Source: Bacteroidota bacterium (GTDB lineage: Bacteria > Bacteroidota > Bacteroidia > Bacteroidales > Tenuifilaceae). From it: a stretch of 48,814 nucleotides of DNA. Made by a program: the position numbers and the translations under genes. The notes under the pieces are model-generated. The model was given only the letters and a program-made list of their open reading frames with translations, had not been told where the DNA came from and ran no database searches. Shown here in pieces: positions 10,316 to 19,271 of the stretch. Every line of letters begins with the position of its first letter. Positions within the stretch are counted from its first letter, which is position 1. The stretch covers positions 1 through 48,814 of the forward strand of contig JAEXVC010000167.1 in the NCBI GenBank assembly GCA_023406715.1, given 5' to 3'.

Positions 10316-10351
10316 AAAAAAAAGATGCTACCCGCAATGGATAGCATCTTT
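10316..10351 (-). terminator. Rho-independent terminator of caspase paralog 1
   Basis: Stem AAAGATGCTA/TAGCATCTTT with an A-run on the + strand (U-tail on the - strand). Confidence 0.8.
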
Positions 10352-10368
10352 AATTGACTTGTTAAATA

Positions 10369-11214
10369 TTATAAATCGAAATTTCCAGTATATGAATCAA
10401 CATAAGAAGGAGCAACTCTTACTCTTGCTTTTTTAGCCCAAGCAATCATTTGGTCGCAAGCATATTGGAAATCGGGTTCAGCATAGATGTAACCCATAGA
10501 GTCAAAACCTTTCATTTGGTAGTATGTGAAAACGCCATTTTTCATTGTAGCGTCACCATCATAAGAATAAATGCTTTTGTTTGAAGCAACTGCAATAACT
10601 CTTCCGTTTGCATTAAGGTCGGTAGCCATAGCGCCAATTTGGCAAGCGTCAAAAGTGAACATCATTTTTGTACTTGTAGCATTGGCAAATTTGGTTTTGA
10701 ACCAAGTGCTGTTGATATAGTATAGGTCAGAAGTAACTATGTTTCCTCTACTACCATGTCCAGAGTAAACAAATGCTATTTCGTTACCAGCAATGGATTG
10801 ACTAGCTAGTGTATTGATAGCTGCTTCAATATTTGCTTTTGTTGCATTTAAGTCAAGAAGAGCAGTTACAGAGTAACCTTCGGCCTGTAAGCGGGCTTTC
10901 CAATCAATTGCATCGTCATCGGCATATTGAAGATCGTTTGATGTGCCTGAATAATCAGAAATACCAACAACTAAGGCTATTTTTGAACCTTTTGCTGCGT
11001 TTTTGTCTAACTCAACGGGTAGAGCATCTTTATCTGTAATTGTAAAATTAGCGATAACTTCGACGGGTCTATTATCAACAGCCGCAAAATCTGGACGTAC
11101 ACTATACGTTTGTTCTTCTTGCTGAACTATTTCATCTTCCTTTGAGCAACTTTGAAAAATTACTCCCGCCATTAAAGCAACAAATGCTAGTTTTACCCAT
11201 TTTTGTGTTCTCAT
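10369..11214 (-). CDS. Caspase-family (peptidase C14) lipoprotein, paralog 1
   Basis: Lipobox FQSC then SKEDE. C14 motifs ALVVGISDY, YSGHG (His), FDACQ (Cys) and NGVFTYY. Confidence 0.85.
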   Translation of the reverse strand: MRTQKWVKLAFVALMAGVIFQSCSKEDEIVQQEEQTYSVRPDFAAVDNRPVEVIANFTITDKDALPVELDKNAAKGSKIALVVGISDYSGTSNDLQYADDDAIDWKARLQAEGYSVTALLDLNATKANIEAAINTLASQSIAGNEIAFVYSGHGSRGNIVTSDLYYINSTWFKTKFANATSTKMMFTFDACQIGAMATDLNANGRVIAVASNKSIYSYDGDATMKNGVFTYYQMKGFDSMGYIYAEPDFQYACDQMIAWAKKARVRVAPSYVDSYTGNFDL

Positions 11215-11356
11215 AGTTTTTATGTTTTTGGTTTGGTTTATAAAAATGTTAACGGTTCAAATTTCAACTATTCAGATATAAAAGTCAAGTCTAACATTGA
11301 TATAAAGACGAAATACAGATAAAAGCCAACAAACAACAGTTTCCTCTGTATAAAAT

Positions 11357-11394
11357 GCAAAAATAAACCCCGCTAAAGCGGGGTTTATTTTTGC
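11357..11394 (-). terminator. Perfect 18-bp inverted repeat terminator between the caspase paralogs
   Basis: GCAAAAATAAACCCCGCT-AA-AGCGGGGTTTATTTTTGC, 17 nt downstream of the paralog 2 stop. Confidence 0.85.
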
Positions 11395-11411
11395 TTTAAA
11401 CTTGTCAAGTA

Positions 11412-12260
11412 TTATAAATCAAAGTTTCCAGAGTAAGAGTCTTGGTAGGAAGGAGCAACTGTTACACCATTTGATGAAGCCCAAGATTTCATTTGGGTAC
11501 AAGCGTAACTACAATCATTTTCAACGTAAACATAACCCATTGAATCAAAACCTTTCATTTGGTAGTATGTGAAAACGCCATTTTTCATAGTAGCATCACC
11601 ATCATATGAGTAAACGGTGGTGTTAGAAGCAACTGCAATTATTCTACCTGTTGCGGTAAGGGCTGTTTTCATTGCGCCAATTTGGCAAGCATCAAATGTA
11701 AAGAACATTTTAGTGCTCTTAGCATTAGCAAATGTTGTTTTGAAATAAGAACTGCTTATATAGTATAAATCAGTTGTAACAATATTTCCGCTACTTCCAT
11801 GACCAGAGTATACAAAAGTAATTTCGTTACCAGCAATTGCTTTGCTTGCAAGAGTGGCAAGGGCAGATTGGATGGCACTTTTAGTTGCGCTTCTGTCTAA
11901 TAATGATGTTACAGAGTAACCTTCTTTTTGTAAACGAGCTTTCCAGTCGGTTGCATCATCATCACAATATGTAAGATCGTTAGAAGTTCCTGAGTAGTCA
12001 GAAATTCCAATAACCAATGCATACTTTGCACCTTTTGGAGTGTTTTCGTCCAAAACAACAGGAGTCGCATCTTTCTCTGTAACCATAGAACTAGCAATCA
12101 CCTCGGCAGGTCTATTGTCCAATGTTGCAAAATCGGGACGAACGGTCCACTGTGTTTGGTTGTCATTAGTTGTAAGATCTTCATCTTTTGAACATCCTTG
12201 AAAAATTACGCCTGCAAATAATGCTAAAAATGCTAGGCTAAGCAGTTTTTTTGTTTTCAT
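11412..12260 (-). CDS. Caspase-family (peptidase C14) lipoprotein, paralog 2
   Basis: Lipobox FQGC then SKDED. Motifs ALVIGISDY, YSGHG and FDACQ. Colinear with paralog 1 over its whole length. Confidence 0.85.
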   Translation of the reverse strand: MKTKKLLSLAFLALFAGVIFQGCSKDEDLTTNDNQTQWTVRPDFATLDNRPAEVIASSMVTEKDATPVVLDENTPKGAKYALVIGISDYSGTSNDLTYCDDDATDWKARLQKEGYSVTSLLDRSATKSAIQSALATLASKAIAGNEITFVYSGHGSSGNIVTTDLYYISSSYFKTTFANAKSTKMFFTFDACQIGAMKTALTATGRIIAVASNTTVYSYDGDATMKNGVFTYYQMKGFDSMGYVYVENDCSYACTQMKSWASSNGVTVAPSYQDSYSGNFDL

Positions 12261-12478
12261 TGTAAATAAAAGTTTAGGTTGGTTAATTAATTTAATAAAT
12301 CATGCGCAATTTAATTGATGAATTGTTTTGAATTTCTGTTTGTCGACAAAATGAATTGAACTACCTAAATACAACAACCTACGGGTTATTTTATCGACGA
12401 ATATTAACTTCTGTTGTCCTAAAGAGTCCTGCCGAATAGAAAACTTTTTCCTATTTTTACGGGTAAAATTGATTGATT

Positions 12479-13720
12479 GTGAGTTTTGAAAATTTCCTGG
12501 CGAAGCGTTTCCTCAAGGGCTCCGATAGTGTAAGTCTATCAAAACCCTTTATCCGTATTACCATTTTATCAATTGCCCTTAGCGTTGCAATAATGATTGT
12601 GTCTATTGCCATCATAACAGGCTTTAAGCAGGAAATAAAATCGAAAGTGGTGGGGTTTGGCAGCCATATTCAAATTACAAATTTTGATAGTAACCAATCG
12701 TTTGAAACTAATCCTATACCCAACAACTTGGCGTGTATGAATGATGTTCGGAAGATTGAAGGGATTACTCACGTACAGGTTTTTGCTACCAAAGCGGGTA
12801 TTATTAAAACAGAGACCGATATTCAGGGAATTGTGCTTAAAGGAGTTGCTTCGGATTTCAACTGGAATTTTTTTAAACAGAACTTAGTTGAAGGAGAGGT
12901 TTTTTCAACTGAAGATTCTACAGCGACAAACAAGACAATTATTTCCAGAACTTTAGCAAATCTTTTAAAGCTTAAGGTAGGAGATAGCTATGATATTTTC
13001 TTTGTTCAGGAGCCTCCTCGGTTTAGGCGGTTTACTGTTGCTGGGATTTACGACACAAAAATGGTGGAGTTCGATAAGTTGTTTGTTCTGTGCGACCTTC
13101 GGCATATTCAACGATTAAATGGCTGGAGTCCCAGCCAAGTAACTGGTTACGAGTTGTTGGTCGATAATATAGATAACGCCTACGACCTCTCCATTGAGGT
13201 TGACGATATTGTTGGTTTTGTTTTTATTGATAACGATTCGCGGTTGAAGGTTCAGAGCATTGTTGATAAGTACCCAAATATCTTCGATTGGTTGAATTTG
13301 CAGGATATCAATGCTGCAGTTCTTATTATTCTGATGTTGCTTGTTGCTGGTATAAATATGATATCGGGTTTGCTTATCATTATTCTTGAGCGAACAGGCG
13401 CTATTGGGTTGCTTAAAGCATTAGGCTCAAGCAATGAGAGCATACGGAAAATATTTCTGCTACAGTCGGCCTATATCATGTTTAAGGGGCTAATTTGGGG
13501 TACAGCCTTTGGGGTATTGGTATGCCTTGTGCAGAAGCATTTTGGGATAGCCAAACTCGATGAGCAGTTCTACTTCCTGTCCGAGGTGCCAATAAACCTC
13601 AATATTGTCCATGTACTTATTTTAAATGCAGTAGCATTTGTGGTTGGTATGGCTATGCTAGTGGTACCATCGATGGTTGTATCTCATATAAGTCCTGATA
13701 GGACTCTTAAATTCGATTAG
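12479..13720 (+). CDS. LolC/E-family ABC transporter permease (lipoprotein release)
   Basis: 'F.AKRF...RITILSIALSVAIMIVSIAIITGFKQEI', a large periplasmic domain, and a C-terminal FtsX domain 'ILERTGAIGLLKALGSSNESIRKIF'. Start is GTG 12479 or TTG 12473. Confidence 0.85.
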   Translation: MSFENFLAKRFLKGSDSVSLSKPFIRITILSIALSVAIMIVSIAIITGFKQEIKSKVVGFGSHIQITNFDSNQSFETNPIPNNLACMNDVRKIEGITHVQVFATKAGIIKTETDIQGIVLKGVASDFNWNFFKQNLVEGEVFSTEDSTATNKTIISRTLANLLKLKVGDSYDIFFVQEPPRFRRFTVAGIYDTKMVEFDKLFVLCDLRHIQRLNGWSPSQVTGYELLVDNIDNAYDLSIEVDDIVGFVFIDNDSRLKVQSIVDKYPNIFDWLNLQDINAAVLIILMLLVAGINMISGLLIIILERTGAIGLLKALGSSNESIRKIFLLQSAYIMFKGLIWGTAFGVLVCLVQKHFGIAKLDEQFYFLSEVPINLNIVHVLILNAVAFVVGMAMLVVPSMVVSHISPDRTLKFD

Positions 13721-13726
13721 TTTCGG

Positions 13727-14767
13727 TTATAAGTACCCATAAGTATCGGCCAGGTAAGTTAAGTACCAAGATAGGAAGAATGCAATCATTGGGGCTATAA
13801 GCCATACAATAAAGAACTTACGCACTTCCGTTTTCTTGAAAATATTTTTGGTTCCTAACTTGGCAACTCCAATTCCAAGTATTGCCCCCACATTAAGCTG
13901 CACTAAGGAAGTTGGTATACCTTTAAATAAAGATGCTCCCAATAGTAGCGATGCTGAAATAAAAGCAATAATAACAGCCTCCACTTTGCCAAAAAGGAAT
14001 AATTCTTTGCCGGTATTGCGCAAAATTTTATCGCCAAATATTGAACTACCTATTCCAAAGTTTGGAGCAACCACCATTGTAGCCATTATCATAATCAGAG
14101 TTAAGATTCTTCCAGAAGAGTTGTGTATTCCGAGTTCGTTCAATGTCATTGTGGTTAAAGGGCCACTGGCGTTGGCCACGTTATTTGCGCCAATGGAAAA
14201 AGCTACGTACATAGACATACCAATAATTGCACCTTTAAGCATATAGTGTTCATTAAGTCTGGCCGAAATTGTATATCCTCTTCGGCGAATTGGCTTGTAA
14301 ATATACTTGCCAATAAGAAAACATAGCGCAAATGATATTATTGGAAGTATAAACCATGTTGGAATAACTTCAAAGAACAGTTTATGCGATGAAAACTCAT
14401 GGAAGTAAAGTCCTGGAGCAACAACTGCCAAAACCGTAGACTGACTAGTTGACTGAGGCACTCCAAATAGATTTGCAATTAAAAGTGAAATGGCCACAGA
14501 AAAAAGTATAATGGATACCTGAGCGTAGTTCATTAAATCAGGGTTAATTAGCCCTTCTCCAACTGTTCTTGCGGTTGCTTTTCCGGCAATAATTGCCCCA
14601 AGAAAAACCATTAATCCAAATAGGCCAGGAATGGCATTCTTTTTTAGGACGTTAGAGCCATAAGCAGCAGAAAATGATGGACCAGTGCCGCTACCACCCA
14701 TAGTAATAGCTAGGAACATTGAAATTAGAAAGGGGATGATTAAATGGCTGAATATTAAGGCATCCAT
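13727..14767 (-). CDS. PiT/PHO4-family anion transporter (CysP-like)
   Basis: Very hydrophobic, with two PHO4 repeats: 'MGGSGTGPSFSAAYGS' + 'GVPQSTSQ' and 'IGANNVANASGP' + 'GIPTSLVQ'. Confidence 0.85.
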   Translation of the reverse strand: MDALIFSHLIIPFLISMFLAITMGGSGTGPSFSAAYGSNVLKKNAIPGLFGLMVFLGAIIAGKATARTVGEGLINPDLMNYAQVSIILFSVAISLLIANLFGVPQSTSQSTVLAVVAPGLYFHEFSSHKLFFEVIPTWFILPIISFALCFLIGKYIYKPIRRRGYTISARLNEHYMLKGAIIGMSMYVAFSIGANNVANASGPLTTMTLNELGIHNSSGRILTLIMIMATMVVAPNFGIGSSIFGDKILRNTGKELFLFGKVEAVIIAFISASLLLGASLFKGIPTSLVQLNVGAILGIGVAKLGTKNIFKKTEVRKFFIVWLIAPMIAFFLSWYLTYLADTYGYL

Positions 14768-14804
14768 AGTATTTGGGTTGGTTTAGTACTCTTGTGAGTT
14801 TGTA

Positions 14805-14812
14805 CAAATATA
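14805..14812 (-). promoter_or_regulatory. -7 box TATATTTG for the PiT-family gene
   Basis: CAAATATA on the + strand reads TAnnTTTG on the - strand, about 38 nt upstream of the ATG. Confidence 0.55.
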
Positions 14813-14914
14813 TGATATTGTTCCTTTTTTCTATTTTGAAGTATGATAAAGATTAATCGTGATTATGACTTAACTGTCTGTTTATTAATTTGTTCGTTTT
14901 ATAAATTGCTTTTG

Positions 14915-14928
14915 TTGATATATATCAA
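14915..14928. promoter_or_regulatory. Candidate FNR/CRP-family operator TTGAT-ATAT-ATCAA
   Basis: Exact match to the FNR consensus TTGAT-N4-ATCAA in the divergent pit/asmA intergenic region. Confidence 0.5.
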
Positions 14929-14995
14929 AAAGGTCGACTTAAAATTATTCTTTCCTTTTTTTAAGGTTGCAATGGGTTATTTCTACAATAAACCA

Positions 14996-15003
14996 TAAAT
15001 TTG
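14996..15003 (+). promoter_or_regulatory. -7 box TAAATTTG for asmA
   Basis: Exact TAnnTTTG about 46 nt before ATG 15049. Confidence 0.5.
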
Positions 15004-15048
15004 TTTAACTAGAATAAAACATTGGTTAATAACATAAAACCCCTCAGT

Positions 15049-17829
15049 ATGAAAAAGTTCATTAAACGTTTAGCTTGGGCGATTCTAATTCTATTACTAC
15101 TCTTTATTGCTGCTGCAATAATTGTCCCAATAGTATTTAAGCCCCAGTTAATGCAAATAGCAAAAACTGAAATCAATAAAAGTGTAAATGCTAAAGTTGA
15201 GTTCGATGATTTTCAGGTATCGCTAATTAAAGGTTTCCCAAACCTTTACATTGGTCTAAAAGGGTTAAGCGTTGTTGGTATCGATAGTTTTGCAAACGAC
15301 ACACTTATGGCCTTCAAGGAGTTTAGCGTTAAGGTTAACTTGTGGAGCGTAATGGGTATGGAGAATATTGAGGTAAAATCTATTTTACTGGACCAAGCTC
15401 GCATAAAAGCAAGAATTACCAAGGATGGCAAGGTAAACTGGGATATTGCAAAGCCCTCCGATGTTCCAGAAACTGAAGTAGAGGATACTGCTGCAGGTTC
15501 GCCAATTAACACAAGGGTTGCCCTTAAAAAGTTTGAAATTAGGAATGCAAACATTGCCTATATTGATGATTCGTCCAATATGTCGGCTACAATAAGGAAC
15601 TTCAATCTTCTGCTATCGGGCAATATGGGTATGAGCCAAACCGATTTAAATTTGAAAACATCTATTGAAGCGCTTAACTTTAAAATGGGCGGTTTAAGTT
15701 ACGTTAAGGATGCTGAACTTGAGTTCAACGCTACTATTGGGGCTAATATGGATAGCGCTATTTATACCTTCAAGGAGAATAAATTCAGAATAAATCAACT
15801 TGCACTACTGTTCGAAGGTGTTGTAAAAATGCCTGGTAGCGATATTGATATAGATGTTAAATTTAACACCCCAACAACAGACTTTAAGGCAATACTCTCA
15901 ATGGTTCCTGCAGTTTACATGAAGGATTTTGCTGGGCTTAAAACTTCGGGTAAGTTTGGTATAGATGGTTTTGTAAAAGGTGTAATGAGCGATGCAACTT
16001 TGCCCAATGCTTCTATCGCGTTGTTTATTGAGAATGGTATGTTCCAGTACCCCGATTTGCCAAAATCTGTAAACAATGTAAATGTTAGCACTAAGGTTTG
16101 GTTTGATGGTACTAATATGGATAATACTACCGTAAATGTTGATAAATTCCATTTGGAGTTAGGAAGTAACCCGTTCGATGCTCGCTTACATGTGGCTACT
16201 CCAATAAGCGATATGCAGGTTGATGGTAATGTTACTGGAAGAATTGACTTTGCATCGTTAGCCGATGTTGTTCCATTGGATAGCATGACTATTTCGGGTA
16301 TTCTTGATGCAAATCTCGATTTTGCTGGAAAGTTATCATATATTGAAAAAGAAGATTATGAGAAGTTTAAAGCCGATGGCTCATTACGTTTAGCAAACTT
16401 TGTGTTTACCAGCAACGATTTACCACAAGGATTTAAAATCACCGAAACGGTTTTAAATTTCTCTCCAAAATTTGTGGATTTAGCAAAGTTTGAAAGCCAA
16501 ATTGGTAAGAGCGATTTGAAGATGAATGGTAGGTTGGAGAATTTTATTCCGTTTATTTTCAAGGACGAGACTGTTCGTGGAAACCTTAACTTATCCTCAA
16601 ATCTATTCGATGCTAACGAATTTATGGGCGGTGAAAGCACTGAGGAGGAAGTTGTTGTTGAGGATACATCGGCAATGAGCGTAATTGAAGTGCCAAGGAA
16701 TATCGACTTTAATATGAAGGCCAACTTTGCCCGTGTTATCTACGACAAACTTAATATAACAAACCTAAATGGTAATATCGATGTTAAGGATGGTATTGTA
16801 AATATGACCAACCTTGGTATGAACTTGCTTGAGGGCTCAATGATTATGGGCGGAAGTTACAACTCCCAGGATGTTAAAGCTCCAAAAACCGATTTCGATT
16901 TCAACATGAAGGGTATTGATATTCCTTCTGCATATAAGGCATTCTCTTCGTTACAGAAGATGGCTCCTGCCGCTAAGGATATGACAGGGAAGGTATCTAC
17001 CCAGTTTAAGTTTAAATCTACACTGGATACCACTATGATGCCAGTTATTAATAGTATTGATGCTTATGGTAAGTTGCAGTCCAACGAAATAGGCTTTAAG
17101 GATTCTAAGGTGTTTGGCAAAATTGCCGATGTTATAAAGAACGACAAGTTCCGGAATCCCTCAATGAAGGATGTGAACATCAGCTTTAAAATAAAGGACG
17201 GTCGACTTTTCATTGAGCCTTTTGATACAAAGATTGTTGATACCAAAATGAACCTTGGTGGCGACATGGGCTTAGACCAAACCCTAAACTTTAAGGCAAA
17301 AATGAGTATTCCTTCTAAATATGTTGGCGCTGCAACTGATTTGGTTAGTAAACTTGCAGGAATCTCAGTGCCAAAACCAAATGAGGATGTTAAATTGAAC
17401 TTTAAGATTGGCGGTACAACCAGTAACCCCAATGTGGGTTTCGATAAAGGCGAAGCATCATCAGAAGCAAGTTCAACCACAAAAGAAATTGTAGGGCAGA
17501 AGGTTGATGAAGCCAAGGTTGAGGCCAAAAAGCAGGCTAAAGAGCAGGCCGATAAGTTAATTGCCGATGCTGAGAAAGAGGCTACAAAAATTAGGGAGGA
17601 AGCGGCTGTTCTTGCCGATAAAATAAGAGCTGAAGCAGAGGAACAGGCAAAGAAAACCGAGGCCGAGGGTAAAAAGAAAGGGCCTATTGCGGAGAGAGTT
17701 GCTAAGGAGGCCGCCAAGGAAATCCGAAAAAAAGGTGAGGCATCAGCACAAAAGGTAATTCAGGAAGCGGATGCTAAAGCAAATCAAATAATAGAGAAGG
17801 CTAAAGCGGAAGCTACGAAACTTGAGTAG
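15049..17829 (+). CDS. AsmA-family protein
   Basis: N-terminal TM anchor (LAWAILILLLLFIAAAIIVPIVF), 'DGKVNWDIAK', repeated beta-groove segments, 'IGGTTSNPNVG' and a K/A/E-rich helical tail. Confidence 0.88.
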   Translation: MKKFIKRLAWAILILLLLFIAAAIIVPIVFKPQLMQIAKTEINKSVNAKVEFDDFQVSLIKGFPNLYIGLKGLSVVGIDSFANDTLMAFKEFSVKVNLWSVMGMENIEVKSILLDQARIKARITKDGKVNWDIAKPSDVPETEVEDTAAGSPINTRVALKKFEIRNANIAYIDDSSNMSATIRNFNLLLSGNMGMSQTDLNLKTSIEALNFKMGGLSYVKDAELEFNATIGANMDSAIYTFKENKFRINQLALLFEGVVKMPGSDIDIDVKFNTPTTDFKAILSMVPAVYMKDFAGLKTSGKFGIDGFVKGVMSDATLPNASIALFIENGMFQYPDLPKSVNNVNVSTKVWFDGTNMDNTTVNVDKFHLELGSNPFDARLHVATPISDMQVDGNVTGRIDFASLADVVPLDSMTISGILDANLDFAGKLSYIEKEDYEKFKADGSLRLANFVFTSNDLPQGFKITETVLNFSPKFVDLAKFESQIGKSDLKMNGRLENFIPFIFKDETVRGNLNLSSNLFDANEFMGGESTEEEVVVEDTSAMSVIEVPRNIDFNMKANFARVIYDKLNITNLNGNIDVKDGIVNMTNLGMNLLEGSMIMGGSYNSQDVKAPKTDFDFNMKGIDIPSAYKAFSSLQKMAPAAKDMTGKVSTQFKFKSTLDTTMMPVINSIDAYGKLQSNEIGFKDSKVFGKIADVIKNDKFRNPSMKDVNISFKIKDGRLFIEPFDTKIVDTKMNLGGDMGLDQTLNFKAKMSIPSKYVGAATDLVSKLAGISVPKPNEDVKLNFKIGGTTSNPNVGFDKGEASSEASSTTKEIVGQKVDEAKVEAKKQAKEQADKLIADAEKEATKIREEAAVLADKIRAEAEEQAKKTEAEGKKKGPIAERVAKEAAKEIRKKGEASAQKVIQEADAKANQIIEKAKAEATKLE

Positions 17830-17835
17830 TAAAAC

Positions 17836-17861
17836 AAAACCCTCGCATTTGCGAGGGTTTT
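17836..17861. terminator. Bidirectional terminator between convergent asmA and der
   Basis: AAAACCCTCGCA-TT-TGCGAGGGTTTT. Confidence 0.85.
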
Positions 17862-17871
17862 TGCTTAATAT

Positions 17872-19185
17872 CTATTTCGATTTAGCTCTAAAGTATATTT
17901 GTAATGGAACTCCAGAGAAATTGAATGTTTCGCGTAATTTGTTTTCCATGTAACGCTTATATGGCTCGCGAATATACTGGGGTAGGTTGCAGAAAAATGC
18001 AAACGAAGGTGTTTGTGTCGGTAGTTGGGTTACATATTTTATCTTAATATACTTGCCTTTGTAAGCAGGTGGTTGCTGAATTTCGAGCGCAGTTTGCAAG
18101 AATTCATTCAACTTAGATGTTGCAATTTTTTTCTTGCGGTTTTGGTAAACCTCTGTAACTGTTTCAAGAACCTTGTGAATTCGCTGCTTGGTTAATGCCG
18201 AAGCAAAAACAATTGGTACATCCTGGAATGGAGCAATTCTCTCCTTAATCAGGTTGGTGTACTCAACGGTAGTTTTGTTATCCTTTTCAACCAAATCCCA
18301 CTTGTTAACAACAATAACAACACCCTTTTTATTCTTTACAATTAGGTTGAAGATATTCAAATCCTGACCCTCTAGCCCAAGTGTGGCATCGAGCAGAAGC
18401 AGGCAAACATCGGAACTCTCAATTGTACGGATTGAGCGCATCACGGAGTAGAACTCCAAGTCCTCGTGAACCTTTGTTTTACGACGTAAACCTGCTGTAT
18501 CGACTATAATGAAGTTGTGTCCAAACTTGTTGTAATGCGTATCAACGGCATCGCGAGTTGTACCTGCAATTGGAGTAACAATGTTACGATCCTCGCCTAT
18601 AAGCGCATTTATTAGTGACGATTTTCCTACATTTGGTCTTCCAACAAAAGCGATTTTTGGGATATTTAAATCCTTTTCTTCCTCTGGTTCGTTTTCGAAA
18701 TCTTTAACTACTTCATCGAGTAAATCGCCAGTTCCAGAACCGCTGATTGACGATATACAGAATGGCTGTCCAAGTCCAAAACGGTAGAACTCGTTTGCAT
18801 CGTACAGCAAGTCATTGTTATCGACCTTATTGGCAACAAGGAAAACTTTTTTCTTCGATCTACGAAGAATCTCTGCTACAGCCTGGTCCATATCGGTAAT
18901 GCCAACCTTAACGTCAACAAGGAATAGAATTGTATCGGCCTCCTCGATGGCTAGTTTTACCTGTTTACGAATTTCCTCCTCAAAAATATCGTCGGAATTA
19001 ACCACGTAACCGCCCGTATCAACAACGGAGAATTCTATTCCGTTCCAGTCGCACTTGCCGTAAATTCTATCGCGGGTAACACCTGCTACCTCGTCAACAA
19101 TGGCATGTCGTCCAGCAACTAAGCGATTGAAGAATGTTGATTTTCCAACATTCGGGCGGCCTACTATTGCTACTATATTTCCCAT
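17872..19185 (-). CDS. der: Ribosome biogenesis GTPase Der (EngA)
   Basis: Two G-domains (GRPNVGKS twice, DTGG/DTAG, NKVD/NKWD) and a C-terminal KH-like domain. Confidence 0.97.
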   Translation of the reverse strand: MGNIVAIVGRPNVGKSTFFNRLVAGRHAIVDEVAGVTRDRIYGKCDWNGIEFSVVDTGGYVVNSDDIFEEEIRKQVKLAIEEADTILFLVDVKVGITDMDQAVAEILRRSKKKVFLVANKVDNNDLLYDANEFYRFGLGQPFCISSISGSGTGDLLDEVVKDFENEPEEEKDLNIPKIAFVGRPNVGKSSLINALIGEDRNIVTPIAGTTRDAVDTHYNKFGHNFIIVDTAGLRRKTKVHEDLEFYSVMRSIRTIESSDVCLLLLDATLGLEGQDLNIFNLIVKNKKGVVIVVNKWDLVEKDNKTTVEYTNLIKERIAPFQDVPIVFASALTKQRIHKVLETVTEVYQNRKKKIATSKLNEFLQTALEIQQPPAYKGKYIKIKYVTQLPTQTPSFAFFCNLPQYIREPYKRYMENKLRETFNFSGVPLQIYFRAKSK

Positions 19186-19203
19186 AATTAGTTTAAAGTT
19201 TAA

Positions 19204-19270
19204 TTTCAGATGCTAGATTTTAGATTTCAGACCTTGTTATCTGATGTCTTGAGTCTAGAATCTAAAGTCT
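19204..19270. repeat. Inverted 7-nt periodic repeat (4x nnnnAGA / 4x TCTnnnn) filling the era-der spacer
   Basis: TTTCAGA TGCTAGA TTTTAGA TTTCAGA, an 8-nt loop, then TCTGATG TCTTGAG TCTAGAA TCTAAAG TCT. Confidence 0.8.
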
Positions 19271-19271
19271 T

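Noticed and set aside
11305..12436. Possible LytTR-type direct repeats upstream of the caspase paralogs (AAGACGAA/CCAACAAA 21 nt apart; TCGACAAA, TCGACGAA)
   Set aside because: The copies are degenerate and the spacing differs between the two promoters, so the evidence is insufficient by eye.
17064..17717. 217-aa antisense ORF inside asmA
   Set aside because: It is a shadow of the K/A/E-rich sense frame, with no motif or expression signals.
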